DNA of 64,000 nucleotides from Methanobacteriota archaeon (GTDB lineage Archaea; Thermoplasmatota; E2; DHVEG-1): the NCBI GenBank assembly GCA_963769885.1, contig CAVYNH010000006.1, positions 384,001 to 448,000 on the forward strand. The letters are read 5' to 3'. A program made the position numbers and the translations under genes. This document shows positions 49,185-58,834 of the stretch, piece by piece. The first letter of the stretch is position 1; the number at the start of each line of letters is the position of its first letter. Under the pieces are notes generated by a model that did no database searches, was not told the DNA's origin, and worked only from the letters and a program-made list of their open reading frames with translations.

Positions 49185-50201
49185 TTATTTGACGTTGAGG
49201 ACGAAGATGAGGAAGACGAAGCCGGTGGCGATCTTGCTGGCGGTGGCGCCTTCGGCGCAGGCCGCGGAGAAGCTGATGATGACCCTGCCGATGCCGATGA
49301 TCCGGTTGCAGGTCATGGTGTCCTGGGCGCCGGGGAGGAGGACGCCGGGGAATCCGGTGCTCATCGTCCCTGAGAGGATGAGACCGTTGGAGAGGATCAT
49401 GACCCAGGTGACGTTGGTGGCGGTGCCCTGGCCGACGTTGCGGATGACGGCCGTGAGGTACGGGCCGCCGGTGACGTTCTGGATCAGGAGGACGGGAGGA
49501 TGCTGGATTTCCGGGGTGGAGAGGCTGAGGTCGTCGTAGTAGGCAGCGGTGGCGTTGATGCTGCGGAGATCAACGGCTTGAAGGGTGAGGGGGCCGCCGC
49601 CGGTGTTGTTGCATTGGTTGCTATAGTGTTTTTGGACGAGGAGTTCGTTGTCGTAGTAGACCGTGAACCAGTCGCTGGTGAGGTTTGCCTCGGTGCGGAG
49701 TTCGACCCAGCGGCCTTTTTTGAGGGGGAGGGTCATAGCGTCGTTCTCGGATTCGACCATGTTGGTGGCGGCGTCCGCGCTGATCGTGACCGCGTAGTTC
49801 TTGCTTCCGTTGTCCTGGTAGTGGCTGAGGAGGATGAAGTAGGTCTTGCCGGAGAAGTTCTCGGGGACGTACTGCCAGGCGGTGAAGGTGAAGGGGCCGG
49901 AGGCGACCAAGAACTCGTGGACGACGTCGGTCTGGGTCTGGATGAGATTCGCATTGGGGGTGCTTCGTGCCTGGGTGGTGGTGACGGTGCTGCCGCTGGT
50001 GGAGATGTTGTCCCAGCCTTTCCAGCCGCCGTCGTCCGGGGTGCCGTCGAGCCGCTGGCCGTCCTGGTAGCTGTCGAAGTTATCGCTCCAGAGATAGGTC
50101 AGGGGGTGCGGCGCGGGGATGGCCATGTGGGCGCCGGCGAGCGGGAGGATGCCGGTGCACACAATCAGTATTATGCAACATGTTAACATTTGTATTCTCA
50201 T
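49185..50201 (-). CDS. Secreted LamG-like protein with a C-terminal CARDB-like domain
   Basis: Signal peptide; WSDNFDSY, GGWKGWD, YYDDLS; C-terminal domain paralogous to 41045..41500. Confidence 0.75.
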   Translation of the reverse strand: MRIQMLTCCIILIVCTGILPLAGAHMAIPAPHPLTYLWSDNFDSYQDGQRLDGTPDDGGWKGWDNISTSGSTVTTTQARSTPNANLIQTQTDVVHEFLVASGPFTFTAWQYVPENFSGKTYFILLSHYQDNGSKNYAVTISADAATNMVESENDAMTLPLKKGRWVELRTEANLTSDWFTVYYDNELLVQKHYSNQCNNTGGGPLTLQAVDLRSINATAAYYDDLSLSTPEIQHPPVLLIQNVTGGPYLTAVIRNVGQGTATNVTWVMILSNGLILSGTMSTGFPGVLLPGAQDTMTCNRIIGIGRVIISFSAACAEGATASKIATGFVFLIFVLNVK

Positions 50202-50376
50202 GGGTGTGGCTCCCCCTGTCAGGTGAATCATCTTCGAATGGTATTCCTTCCTTTTAATAATTATGCCGTTTCCCCCAAGGGCTATTTAAATGTGGGGGGG
50301 GGGGTCGGATTCGAACACCCATAACACAATGCTTAAAGTCCGAGCGGCCGATTCGGGGTGCGGGGTTGCGTTCATT

Positions 50377-51039
50377 ATGAAGGTCACGCTGATCGGGCAC
50401 AGCCCGGACCCGGAGAAGGTGCCAGGGATGGCCGCGATGCTCACCCATTCGAAGACCACGCCGGAGTCGCTCAAGGACAAGCCGGAGCGGGAGCTGCGTG
50501 CGGTCCTCGGGCAGGTTATGGATCTGGGTCATACGAGCGTGGTGGAGCACACATGCTTCACGTTCGCGGTCAGCGGCGTGAGCCGCTCCCTGACTCATCA
50601 GCTGGTGCGGCATCGGATCGCCAGTTACTCCCAGCAGAGCCAGCGGTACGTGAGCCTCACCGAGCCGCAGTACGTCGTGCCGCCCACCATCGCCGGGAAG
50701 CCGGAGACGGCCGCGGCCTACCAGGCAGTCATGCAGGAGATCTGGAACCAATACAACAATCTCCTAAAGCAGGGGGTCCCCGCGGAGGACGCGCGGTACG
50801 TGCTGCCGAACGGGACGATGACGAACATCTTGGTGACCATGAATGCCCGGGAACTCTTGCATTTCTTCGAGCTACGCTGCTGCCAGCATGCCCAGTGGGA
50901 GATCCGCCGGCTGGCGGAGCTGATGCTTGCGGAAGTCCGGAAGGTCGCGCCGACGATCTTCAAAGATGCGGGGCCCTCGTGCGTGACCACAAGGGTTTGC
51001 CCGGAGAAGAAGACCGATTGTCCCTTGTACCCCGGGTGA
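50377..51039 (+). CDS. thyX: FAD-dependent thymidylate synthase
   Basis: GHTSVVEH, RHRIASYSQQSQRY, EDARYVLP, MNAREL, AQWEIR. Confidence 0.96.
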   Translation: MKVTLIGHSPDPEKVPGMAAMLTHSKTTPESLKDKPERELRAVLGQVMDLGHTSVVEHTCFTFAVSGVSRSLTHQLVRHRIASYSQQSQRYVSLTEPQYVVPPTIAGKPETAAAYQAVMQEIWNQYNNLLKQGVPAEDARYVLPNGTMTNILVTMNARELLHFFELRCCQHAQWEIRRLAELMLAEVRKVAPTIFKDAGPSCVTTRVCPEKKTDCPLYPG

Positions 51040-51046
51040 GGCGTGG

Positions 51047-51712
51047 ATGCGGCGTCCTCGAGTGACCCTTAACTGTGCGATGACCGCGGATGGGAAGACG
51101 GCGCTGCCGAGCCGTCGGCAACTGCGGATCTCTTCCGAGGAGGACCGGCGACGGGTCTACGAACTGCGGCAGGCCAGCGATGCCGTCCTCGTCGGCGTCG
51201 AGACCGTGCTCGCCGATGACCCCAAGCTAACGGTCAGCGAGAAGTACGTGAAACATCCACGGCAGCCGCTACGCGTGGTCTTGGATAGCCAGTGCCGTAC
51301 ACCGCCGGATGCCCTCGTGGTCAACGACGCGGCGCCGACCCTAATCTTCGCAAAAGCGGGATGCCTGACGAAATACAGCAGAGGCGTCGAGGTCGTGCCC
51401 TGTCCGCTGGACACGGAAGGGCAGCTGGATATTAACTGGGTGCTCCAGGCGTTGTGCGACCGGGGCGTCCGCCAGCTGCTCGTGGAGGGCGGCGGCACCG
51501 TCTTCTGGAGCTTTCTGCGGCTCGGGGTGTTCGATGCGCTGTTCGTGTACGTCGGCCCCCTGGTAGTCGGGGGGGCGCGGACGCCGACCATGGCGGCCGG
51601 CGTCGGCATCGCCGCTGAGGCTGAGGCCGTGCGATTGTCCCTGCGGTCGGTGGAACGCCTCGGCGCCGGGGTGCTGCTGCGGTACGAGCCTCTGAACAAG
51701 GATGTTTCCTAG
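51047..51712 (+). CDS. 2,5-diamino-6-ribosylamino-4(3H)-pyrimidinone 5'-phosphate reductase (ArfC/RibD C-terminal type)
   Basis: AMTADGK, ISSEED, VGVETVLADDPKL, LLVEGGG. Confidence 0.88.
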   Translation: MRRPRVTLNCAMTADGKTALPSRRQLRISSEEDRRRVYELRQASDAVLVGVETVLADDPKLTVSEKYVKHPRQPLRVVLDSQCRTPPDALVVNDAAPTLIFAKAGCLTKYSRGVEVVPCPLDTEGQLDINWVLQALCDRGVRQLLVEGGGTVFWSFLRLGVFDALFVYVGPLVVGGARTPTMAAGVGIAAEAEAVRLSLRSVERLGAGVLLRYEPLNKDVS

Positions 51713-52131
51713 GTTTTTGGACGAAAGCGCCATACTGGCTTGTTTTTTCTGTCTTTGGCCAATAAGACGGGGAAAACCCTTATTATTCCTGAAACCCCTA
51801 CCGAGAAATCGTGGGGAATATATGAAGACCATAGCACCCCGGGGGGAATCGACGAGTGTGGTATGCGACTTTGGAGGCCTTTTGGGACCTCTTCCCATGC
51901 GGAATCTCCAACGTTCCATAGACTTTTCAGGGTCGATGGCATCCCATATCTCCTCTTTCTCCTCAGATGGACGATCGCCTCCCGATCTCCATGAAAGTAT
52001 GCATGTTGAAGCGTTCAAAGCCGCACAACGCTAACCCGCTGTCCCCCCTCGGTGCTATCCTCCTCCCGTTCTAGGCTGAAGAAAGATTTATTAAGAGGCT
52101 TGGTCCTTCGTTTTCTTGGAGGTTCAGGCGC

Positions 52132-54085
52132 ATGGGTCATCGCTGCTGCTTCTGGCTCTGCCTCGTCTGCATGGTAATGCCATGCACACCACTCGGATTC
52201 GCGCAGCCGACAGGGCAGCCGGCCCCCTTCGTCTTTCACCTCAGCTTCCCCGCCCCGATCATCCAGACTGTGGGCTCGGAATGCCGCATCACCTCCGCGG
52301 AGGCTCCAGGGCTCCTCGCGATCCCGGGGCAGCCGCTCCTGCCGAGGTACACGGTGACCGTCACCCTGCCGTTCGGCAGTAAAGTCGCCGACTTCCAGGT
52401 TCATGCATCTCCCGCCAGAGTCTCGATTCTTCCGTCTTTGCCCCTGCGTGCGCCATCCCCGGTTGGCATGTCGAACGGGGATACAGCCGGGGTGGACCCT
52501 GCCGCTGATTTCGTCCGGTTCCCGATGCTGCAGGCTGTCTACCAGGTCGGCACCGGCCTGGACCGCGCCGATACCCACGTGACGTTCCTGACCCTCGTGG
52601 TCTACCCCGGGCAGTACCAGGCTGAGACGAACACGCTCCACTGGATCAGCGACTGGACAATCGAGGTCTCGTACAGCATGCCGGAGCATCCGGCGAGCTT
52701 CTCCGGCGGCAGCGAGCTGGTCATCATTGCGCCATCGCAGTTCGCCCGGATCCTTTCCCCCTTGGTCGCCCATAAGCGGGCGTTGGGCATCTCCACGTCG
52801 CTGATCACCCTCACGGACCTCTACAATGAGTATTATGCGAAAGACCATGCCGAGCAGATCAAGCTGTGCATCAGAGACGCCGTTTATCAGGGGACGAAGT
52901 ATGTCTTGTTGGTCGGCGGCCTGAAATCCAAATGGTATGGGGTCCCGCGAGACTCCCTCAGCATCGGGGCCAACGACTGGTGGCTGCCTGTCCGGGTACT
53001 CGAACCTCTGGGACTTGAACAAGCCCCGCGACCCAGGGTTCATCTCCGACCTCTACTATGCGGATTTGTTCACGAGCCAGGGGCTGTTTTGCAGCTGGGA
53101 CGACAACGGGGACGGGGTGTACGGCGGGTGGAGCAACCCGAATGCGCTGGGGATACCACAGACGGACACCTTGGATTTCTACCCGGACGTCTACGTCGGT
53201 CGGCTGCCATGCCGGACCCTAGCGGAATGCCGGACGATGGTGCGCAAGATCATCGCCTATGAGACGACCCCGGCGGACCCCTCCTGGTTCTCGCGGGCGG
53301 TGGTGGCCGCGGGGGACCCGTACTACGACCCCGGGACAAATATCTATGAGGGGGAGGCAATCGGCGACGAGATCCTTTCCCATCTGACGGACCATTACCT
53401 TATCCATCTATATGCCTCGTCGAAGGATGAGTATGGTGACGGGACACCGCTGACGCGCAACATCCTGCGTGAGCTGGAGACCGGCTGCGGGTTCCTGGTT
53501 CTGGACGGGCATGGGGGGCCGTCGTGGTGGAACACCTGCTGGCCGGGCGACTGCAACCATACGATTCCCTTCGGCGGGTTGTCGGTCAAGGATTTGTGGC
53601 GGCTGACGAATGGAGAGCGGCAGCCGGTGGTGGTGATCGGTGGCTGTCACTGCTGCCTGATCAACGTCTCGGTATTGCGCAGCCTCGTGGACTGGGACAA
53701 TTCGCTGGCGACGTGGACGCATGGGCAGCCGACGGCGCGGTGCTTGGGTGAGGCGTTCCTGATGAAGCGGAACGGTGGTGGCATCGCGGTGCTGGGGTCG
53801 ACGGGTATGGGATATGAGCAGTCGGGGGAGAACGGGGATCTTGATGGGGACGGGCGGAACCTGCCGGATTGTGATGAGGGATTGGGCGGGTATCTGGAGA
53901 TCTTATTCTTCCGGGCGTATCAGAACGGGTCGCGGTCGGTGGGGCAGGCGTGGGGGCAGGCGATCTCGGCCTACTTGGATGTGTACCCGGGGATGCTGCA
54001 CCGGGCTGATGCCAAGACCGTTGAGCAGTGGATCCTCCTTGGTGATCCGAGCCTGCGGATTGGCGGGTACCTCTCGGAGAAATAA
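52132..54085 (+). CDS. C25 gingipain-like peptidase with propeptide; frameshift at about 52995
   Basis: Propeptide PGQPLLP, YVLLVGG; after removing one G it reads PVRYSNL...SDLYYAD, VGRLP, DGHG, GGCH, LLGDPSL. Confidence 0.85.
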
Positions 54086-54107
54086 AACAGGGTTTTTTTT
54101 GTGTTGG

Positions 54108-55076
54108 TTAGGCTTCGGGCATGTAGTTCATCTTGTGGAGGCGTGAGGCGTAAACGTACCGGTATTTTTTGATGGCGTCGGGGAACTGGTTGATGAGGTC
54201 TTTCATGATCTCGTGGAACTCTTCGAGGGATTTGACGTGGTATTCGAGTTCGAGGTCGCTGATGCCGACGCTTTTGTCGATGCGGATGAGGTGGGGGTTG
54301 GTTTTGGCGTAGTTGATGATCTTGCCGCGTTGTTTGTAGTCTTTGAGGTCGATGTCTGCTTTGAAGAACTGGTAGCCGAGTTTGGCGTAGTCGATGTCGG
54401 CTCTGAAGCCTTGGATGACGCCGGTTTTGATGAGTTTTTTGAGGCGGTAGTTGACGACGGCGACGGTGGTGTCGAGGTGGTCCGCGATGTCTTTGACGGA
54501 CATGCGGGCGTTGGGGGCGATGAGGCGAAGGAGGCGGGAGTCGAGGTCGTCGATGGTGACTTGGTCGCCGCCGCCGGTGATCTCGAATTTTGTTCGGTCG
54601 GAGTGGTTGGGGTCGTCGAGGAGGTAGGAGTGGCGGTAGGTGTAGATTTGGATGTAGGCGCTGAATTGCTGTTCGAGGAAGTTGTCGCGGAATTTTCGGA
54701 GGGTGTCTTCCCAGAAGCTGTAGAAGTCGTTGATGTTTTTGACCCACATGATGACGGCGAGGTCGAAGCGGCCTTCGGCGCTGATGGTCCACCAGTTGAG
54801 TTTTTGTTTGGTGAAGTGGTCGATGAGTTCTTGTTCGCGTTGTTTGGTCATGTATTGGTAGACGAGGTAGACGCGGAAGCTGATGTAGCCGAGTTTGAAG
54901 GCGTCGATGACGGTGTAGAAGGTCTTGATGTACTGGTTTTCGATGAGTTTGTTGATGCGGTAGGCGACGACGGTTTTGCTCAGGCCGATTTTCTTTCCTA
55001 TCTTGGCGAAGGATTGTCGGCTGTCGAGGTCGAGCTGGTAGAGGATTTCGCGGTCTTTAGAGTCGATTTTGACCAT
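54108..55076 (-). CDS. Tandem double Lrp/AsnC-type regulator
   Basis: Two HTH units (KDREIL...DSRQS; LDSRLL...NARMS), each followed by a RAM-like domain. Confidence 0.88.
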   Translation of the reverse strand: MVKIDSKDREILYQLDLDSRQSFAKIGKKIGLSKTVVAYRINKLIENQYIKTFYTVIDAFKLGYISFRVYLVYQYMTKQREQELIDHFTKQKLNWWTISAEGRFDLAVIMWVKNINDFYSFWEDTLRKFRDNFLEQQFSAYIQIYTYRHSYLLDDPNHSDRTKFEITGGGDQVTIDDLDSRLLRLIAPNARMSVKDIADHLDTTVAVVNYRLKKLIKTGVIQGFRADIDYAKLGYQFFKADIDLKDYKQRGKIINYAKTNPHLIRIDKSVGISDLELEYHVKSLEEFHEIMKDLINQFPDAIKKYRYVYASRLHKMNYMPEA

Positions 55077-55244
55077 GCTTGCGGTTTGTTATCACGCTTT
55101 TGAATTAAGTAATTTTCTCTTTTTGTTCAAAAAGCGCGTTATTTTTTTGGCCGATGAAAGATTCCGAGGATTAGTCAAAGAAGATGGGGGGTTGTTTTAC
55201 CATCATCCATCGGAGGAGGGGAAAGCGAAATCTCGGTGAACAAC

Positions 55245-55256
55245 CTATATATAACC
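55245..55256 (+). promoter_or_regulatory. TATA box of purF (probably leaderless transcript)
   Basis: ctatatataa about 28 nt upstream of the ATG. Confidence 0.55.
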
Positions 55257-55281
55257 TGTCTTCAATGACGGTGCAGGACAA

Positions 55282-56718
55282 ATGTGTGGCATCGTCGGGA
55301 TTATCGGGGGACAACCAGTTTCTCGACTCATCTACCATAGCCTCTTCGCGATACAGCACCGCGGCCAATCCTCAGCCGGCATGCTGACCTACGACGGTAA
55401 CATCCACGTCACCAAAGACAGCGGCCTCGTACGCGACGTCTTCAACGACGAAAAAAAGATCATCAGGCCCGGCACCGTCGGCATCGGCCACACCCGCTAC
55501 TCCACCGCCGGCATGGACGACATCGAATCACTCAAGAAGAACGCCCAGCCCGAGTACCTCGTCAACCCCTTCCTCGCCGCCGTCCACAACGGCAACATCT
55601 ACAACGGCAACGAAATCGCCAAAGAAACCACCCGAGTACCCCGGACCGACTGCGACATCCAATGGCTCCTCCTCCCCATGGCCGACGCCCTCTACAAAAA
55701 AGAGGTCACCCCTGACCTCATCATGGACGCCTGCGCCGGCCTCATGCCCAAACTCAAGGGCAGCTACTCCGCCCTCTACATCGCCGACTCCGGCGACCAC
55801 CCCTACCTCTTCGCCATCACCGACCCCCGCAAACTCCGCCCCCTCGTCCTCGGCAAATCCAACGGCATGTACTGCCTCACCTCCGAAACCCGCGTCTTCA
55901 AACGCATCAACTTCCAATACATCAAAGACATCCCCGGCGGCAGCGTCATCATCATCGACGAACACGGCACCATCTGGGAAAAACAGATCATCAAGAAACC
56001 CGAGATGCCCTGCATGTTCGAGTTCGTCTACTTCGCCAAACCCGACAGCCGCATCAAAGACCGCAGCATCCACAACGTCCGCCAAGAAATCGGCCAACGC
56101 CTCGCCCTCGAACAACCCTCCGTCGCCGACATCGTCATCCCCGTCCCCGAATCCGGACGACGCTACGCCATCGGCTACGCCCGACAATCCGGCATCCCAT
56201 TCGAAGAAGGCATCATGAAAGACAAAGACGAACGCAGCTTCATCCAACAAACCCAAGAAAACCGCGACAAAACCGTCGAAGAAGGGCTCTCGTTCCTCAG
56301 ATCCGCCCTCGAAGACAAACGCGTCGTCCTCGTCGACGACAGCATCGTCCGCGGCACCAACATCCGAAAAATCGTCAAAGGCCTCCGCACCGCCGGCGCC
56401 AAAGAAGTCCACGTCAGAATCGGCTGCCCACCCCTCATCGCCCCCTGCTACCTCGGCATCGACATGCGCAGCCGCACAGAATTCCTCGCCCGCACCCAAA
56501 ACGGCGACATCAAACCCATCCAGGAAATCAGCAAAGAAATCGGCGCCGACAGCCTCGGCTACATCAGCATCGAAGGACTCCGCAAAGCCATCGGCTTCGA
56601 CCACTGCCGCGGCTGCATCGACTTCCCCACAGGCTACCCCCCAGAGATGCACGACGACGTCCAACGCCTCTACAACCTCAACCACCACCAAGGCATCCGC
56701 GCCTACGAATGCCAATAA
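55282..56718 (+). CDS. purF: Amidophosphoribosyltransferase
   Basis: MCGIVG, QHRGQ, GHTRYST, HNGN, VDDSIVRG, Fe-S cysteines. Confidence 0.96.
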   Translation: MCGIVGIIGGQPVSRLIYHSLFAIQHRGQSSAGMLTYDGNIHVTKDSGLVRDVFNDEKKIIRPGTVGIGHTRYSTAGMDDIESLKKNAQPEYLVNPFLAAVHNGNIYNGNEIAKETTRVPRTDCDIQWLLLPMADALYKKEVTPDLIMDACAGLMPKLKGSYSALYIADSGDHPYLFAITDPRKLRPLVLGKSNGMYCLTSETRVFKRINFQYIKDIPGGSVIIIDEHGTIWEKQIIKKPEMPCMFEFVYFAKPDSRIKDRSIHNVRQEIGQRLALEQPSVADIVIPVPESGRRYAIGYARQSGIPFEEGIMKDKDERSFIQQTQENRDKTVEEGLSFLRSALEDKRVVLVDDSIVRGTNIRKIVKGLRTAGAKEVHVRIGCPPLIAPCYLGIDMRSRTEFLARTQNGDIKPIQEISKEIGADSLGYISIEGLRKAIGFDHCRGCIDFPTGYPPEMHDDVQRLYNLNHHQGIRAYECQ

Positions 56719-56740
56719 AAAAAACAACAAAAAGAGACCC

Positions 56741-57043
56741 ATGATCGAGATCATCGTCGGCAGCACCGAAGAACTCATCATCCGCTACCTCCAACGCCAC
56801 TATCCCGTCACCTTCGCCGAACTCCACAAACACCTCCACCTCAGCCACGCCACCATCAAACGCACCCTCCTCAAACTCCAACACCACGGCGTCCTCAGAG
56901 TCGACCCCCTCCCCGGCAACGCCTACATCCGCCTCGTCCGCAGTGACTTCTACTTCCTCGGCGACCGCAAACCCACCAAAACCACCCCACGCCGACCCAA
57001 ACCACCACCGCCCCCAGACTACGACGGCATCATGTACTCCTAA
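56741..57043 (+). CDS. Small winged-helix protein
   Basis: wHTH pattern (YPVTFAEL...L...G), C-terminal YDGIMYS. Confidence 0.7.
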   Translation: MIEIIVGSTEELIIRYLQRHYPVTFAELHKHLHLSHATIKRTLLKLQHHGVLRVDPLPGNAYIRLVRSDFYFLGDRKPTKTTPRRPKPPPPPDYDGIMYS

Positions 57044-57124
57044 AAACAGGGGAAAAGGAAAAAGGCTTTATTCCTCCTTCTCCATTATCCTGCCCCGAAG
57101 ACCTAGAAGGTGGATGGACCAACC

Positions 57125-58834
57125 ATGGAGACAGCCTCAATTCAAGTACAAACAAACAACACCATACACACCAGACCAGCGGGCAAACCCAAGATCGCCT
57201 ACTTCTCCATGGAAATCGGCATCGACGAACACATCCCCACCTACAGCGGCGGCCTCGGCATCCTCGCCGGCGACACCCTCAAATCCTGCGCCGACCTCAA
57301 CGTCCCCATCGTTGGCGTCACACTACTCTCAGAGAAAGGCTACTTCTACCAAGAAATCGACCCCGACGGCAACCAAATCGAACTCCCCTACAACTTCAAC
57401 ATCAACGACTTCCTCAAGCCACTCCCCTCTAAAACCGAGGTCACCATCGAAGGACGCCCCGTCAACATCCGCATCTGGTACTACCTCGTCCAAGGCATCA
57501 ACGGCTACATCGTCCCCATCTTCTTCCTCGACACCAACCTCGAAGAAAACAGCACCTATGACCGCGAAATCACCAAATACCTCTACGGCGGCGACGCCAG
57601 ATACCGCCTCGCCCAAGAAGCCGTACTCGGCATCGGCGGCATCAGAGCCATCCACGCCCTCGGCTACCAAACCATCGACAAATACCACATGAACGAAGGA
57701 CACGCCGCCCTCGGCACCCTCGAACTCTACCGCCGCTACCAAGACATCGAACGCGTCCGCGACCAATGCGTCTTCACCACCCACACCCCCGTCGCCGCAG
57801 GCCACGACCAATTCGACCTCGGCCTCGTCAAAAACATGATCGGCGACATGTTCCCCCAACCCCTCACCCCCGACATCACCTTCGAAAACCGACTCAACAT
57901 GACTCGACTCGCCCTCTTCTTCAGCCACTACGTCAACGGCGTCGCCAAACGACACGGCGAAGTCAGCCGCATGATGTTCCCCGGCTACGCCATCGACTCC
58001 ATCACCAACGGCGTCCATACCGCCACCTGGGTCTCCGAGCCCTTCGCCAAAGTCTACGACAAATACATGCCAGGCTGGCGCTCTGACCCCTACCTCTTAC
58101 GCGCCGCCTTCGGCATCGACAAAAACGACATCTGGACCGCCCACGTCGAAGCCAAGAAAAAACTCATCGACTTCGTCAACAACCGCTACAACATCGGCAT
58201 GAACTACGACAACTTCACCATCGGCTTCGCCCGCCGACAAACCGCCTACAAACGCCCAGAGCTCCTCATCAGCGACCCCGGCAAACTCATGAGCATCGCC
58301 GAAAAAGCAGGCCCCATCCAGATCATCTACGCCGGCAAAGCCCACCCCCGCGATGGCAGCGGCAAGGAATCAATCCACCGCATCTACCAGGTCATGAAGA
58401 ATATCAAAGGAAAAGTCAAGATGATCTACATCGACAACTACGACATGGCCATCTCCAAGCTCATGACCTCCGGCGTTGACCTATGGCTCAACACCCCCCG
58501 CCGCCCCCAGGAAGCCTCCGGGACCTCCGGGATGAAGGCCGCCCACAACGGCGTCCCCCAGTTCAGCACTCTCGACGGGTGGTGGATTGAGGGCCGCATC
58601 GAGAACATCACCGGCTGGGCGATCGGCACCAGGAAATCCAACGAACGCGAATCCGACGACGACGCCGACCGCGACAACCTCTACACCAAGCTCGAATCCT
58701 GGATTATGCCGAAGTTCTACAAAGACCGGGAAAACTGGATTAGAACGATGCGCAGCTGCATCGCGATCAACGCCTCGTTCTTCAACACCAACCGCATGAT
58801 CCAGCAGTACGTCCTAAACGCGTACTTCATGTAA
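57125..58834 (+). CDS. glgP: Alpha-glucan (glycogen/maltodextrin) phosphorylase
   Basis: YFSME, YSGGLG, MNEGH, FTTHTP, EASGTSGMK PLP site. Confidence 0.95.
   Translation: METASIQVQTNNTIHTRPAGKPKIAYFSMEIGIDEHIPTYSGGLGILAGDTLKSCADLNVPIVGVTLLSEKGYFYQEIDPDGNQIELPYNFNINDFLKPLPSKTEVTIEGRPVNIRIWYYLVQGINGYIVPIFFLDTNLEENSTYDREITKYLYGGDARYRLAQEAVLGIGGIRAIHALGYQTIDKYHMNEGHAALGTLELYRRYQDIERVRDQCVFTTHTPVAAGHDQFDLGLVKNMIGDMFPQPLTPDITFENRLNMTRLALFFSHYVNGVAKRHGEVSRMMFPGYAIDSITNGVHTATWVSEPFAKVYDKYMPGWRSDPYLLRAAFGIDKNDIWTAHVEAKKKLIDFVNNRYNIGMNYDNFTIGFARRQTAYKRPELLISDPGKLMSIAEKAGPIQIIYAGKAHPRDGSGKESIHRIYQVMKNIKGKVKMIYIDNYDMAISKLMTSGVDLWLNTPRRPQEASGTSGMKAAHNGVPQFSTLDGWWIEGRIENITGWAIGTRKSNERESDDDADRDNLYTKLESWIMPKFYKDRENWIRTMRSCIAINASFFNTNRMIQQYVLNAYFM

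Noticed and set aside
50291-50320. tRNA-like 3' fragment (GTTCGAATCCGACCCCCCCCCCCA on the minus strand)
   Set aside because: The T-stem does not pair and there is no anticodon or D arm; it may be a remnant but cannot be supported.
51713-52131. ~420-bp intergenic gap as an ncRNA or small gene
   Set aside because: No recognisable RNA family motif, and its short ORFs lack host codon bias and motifs.
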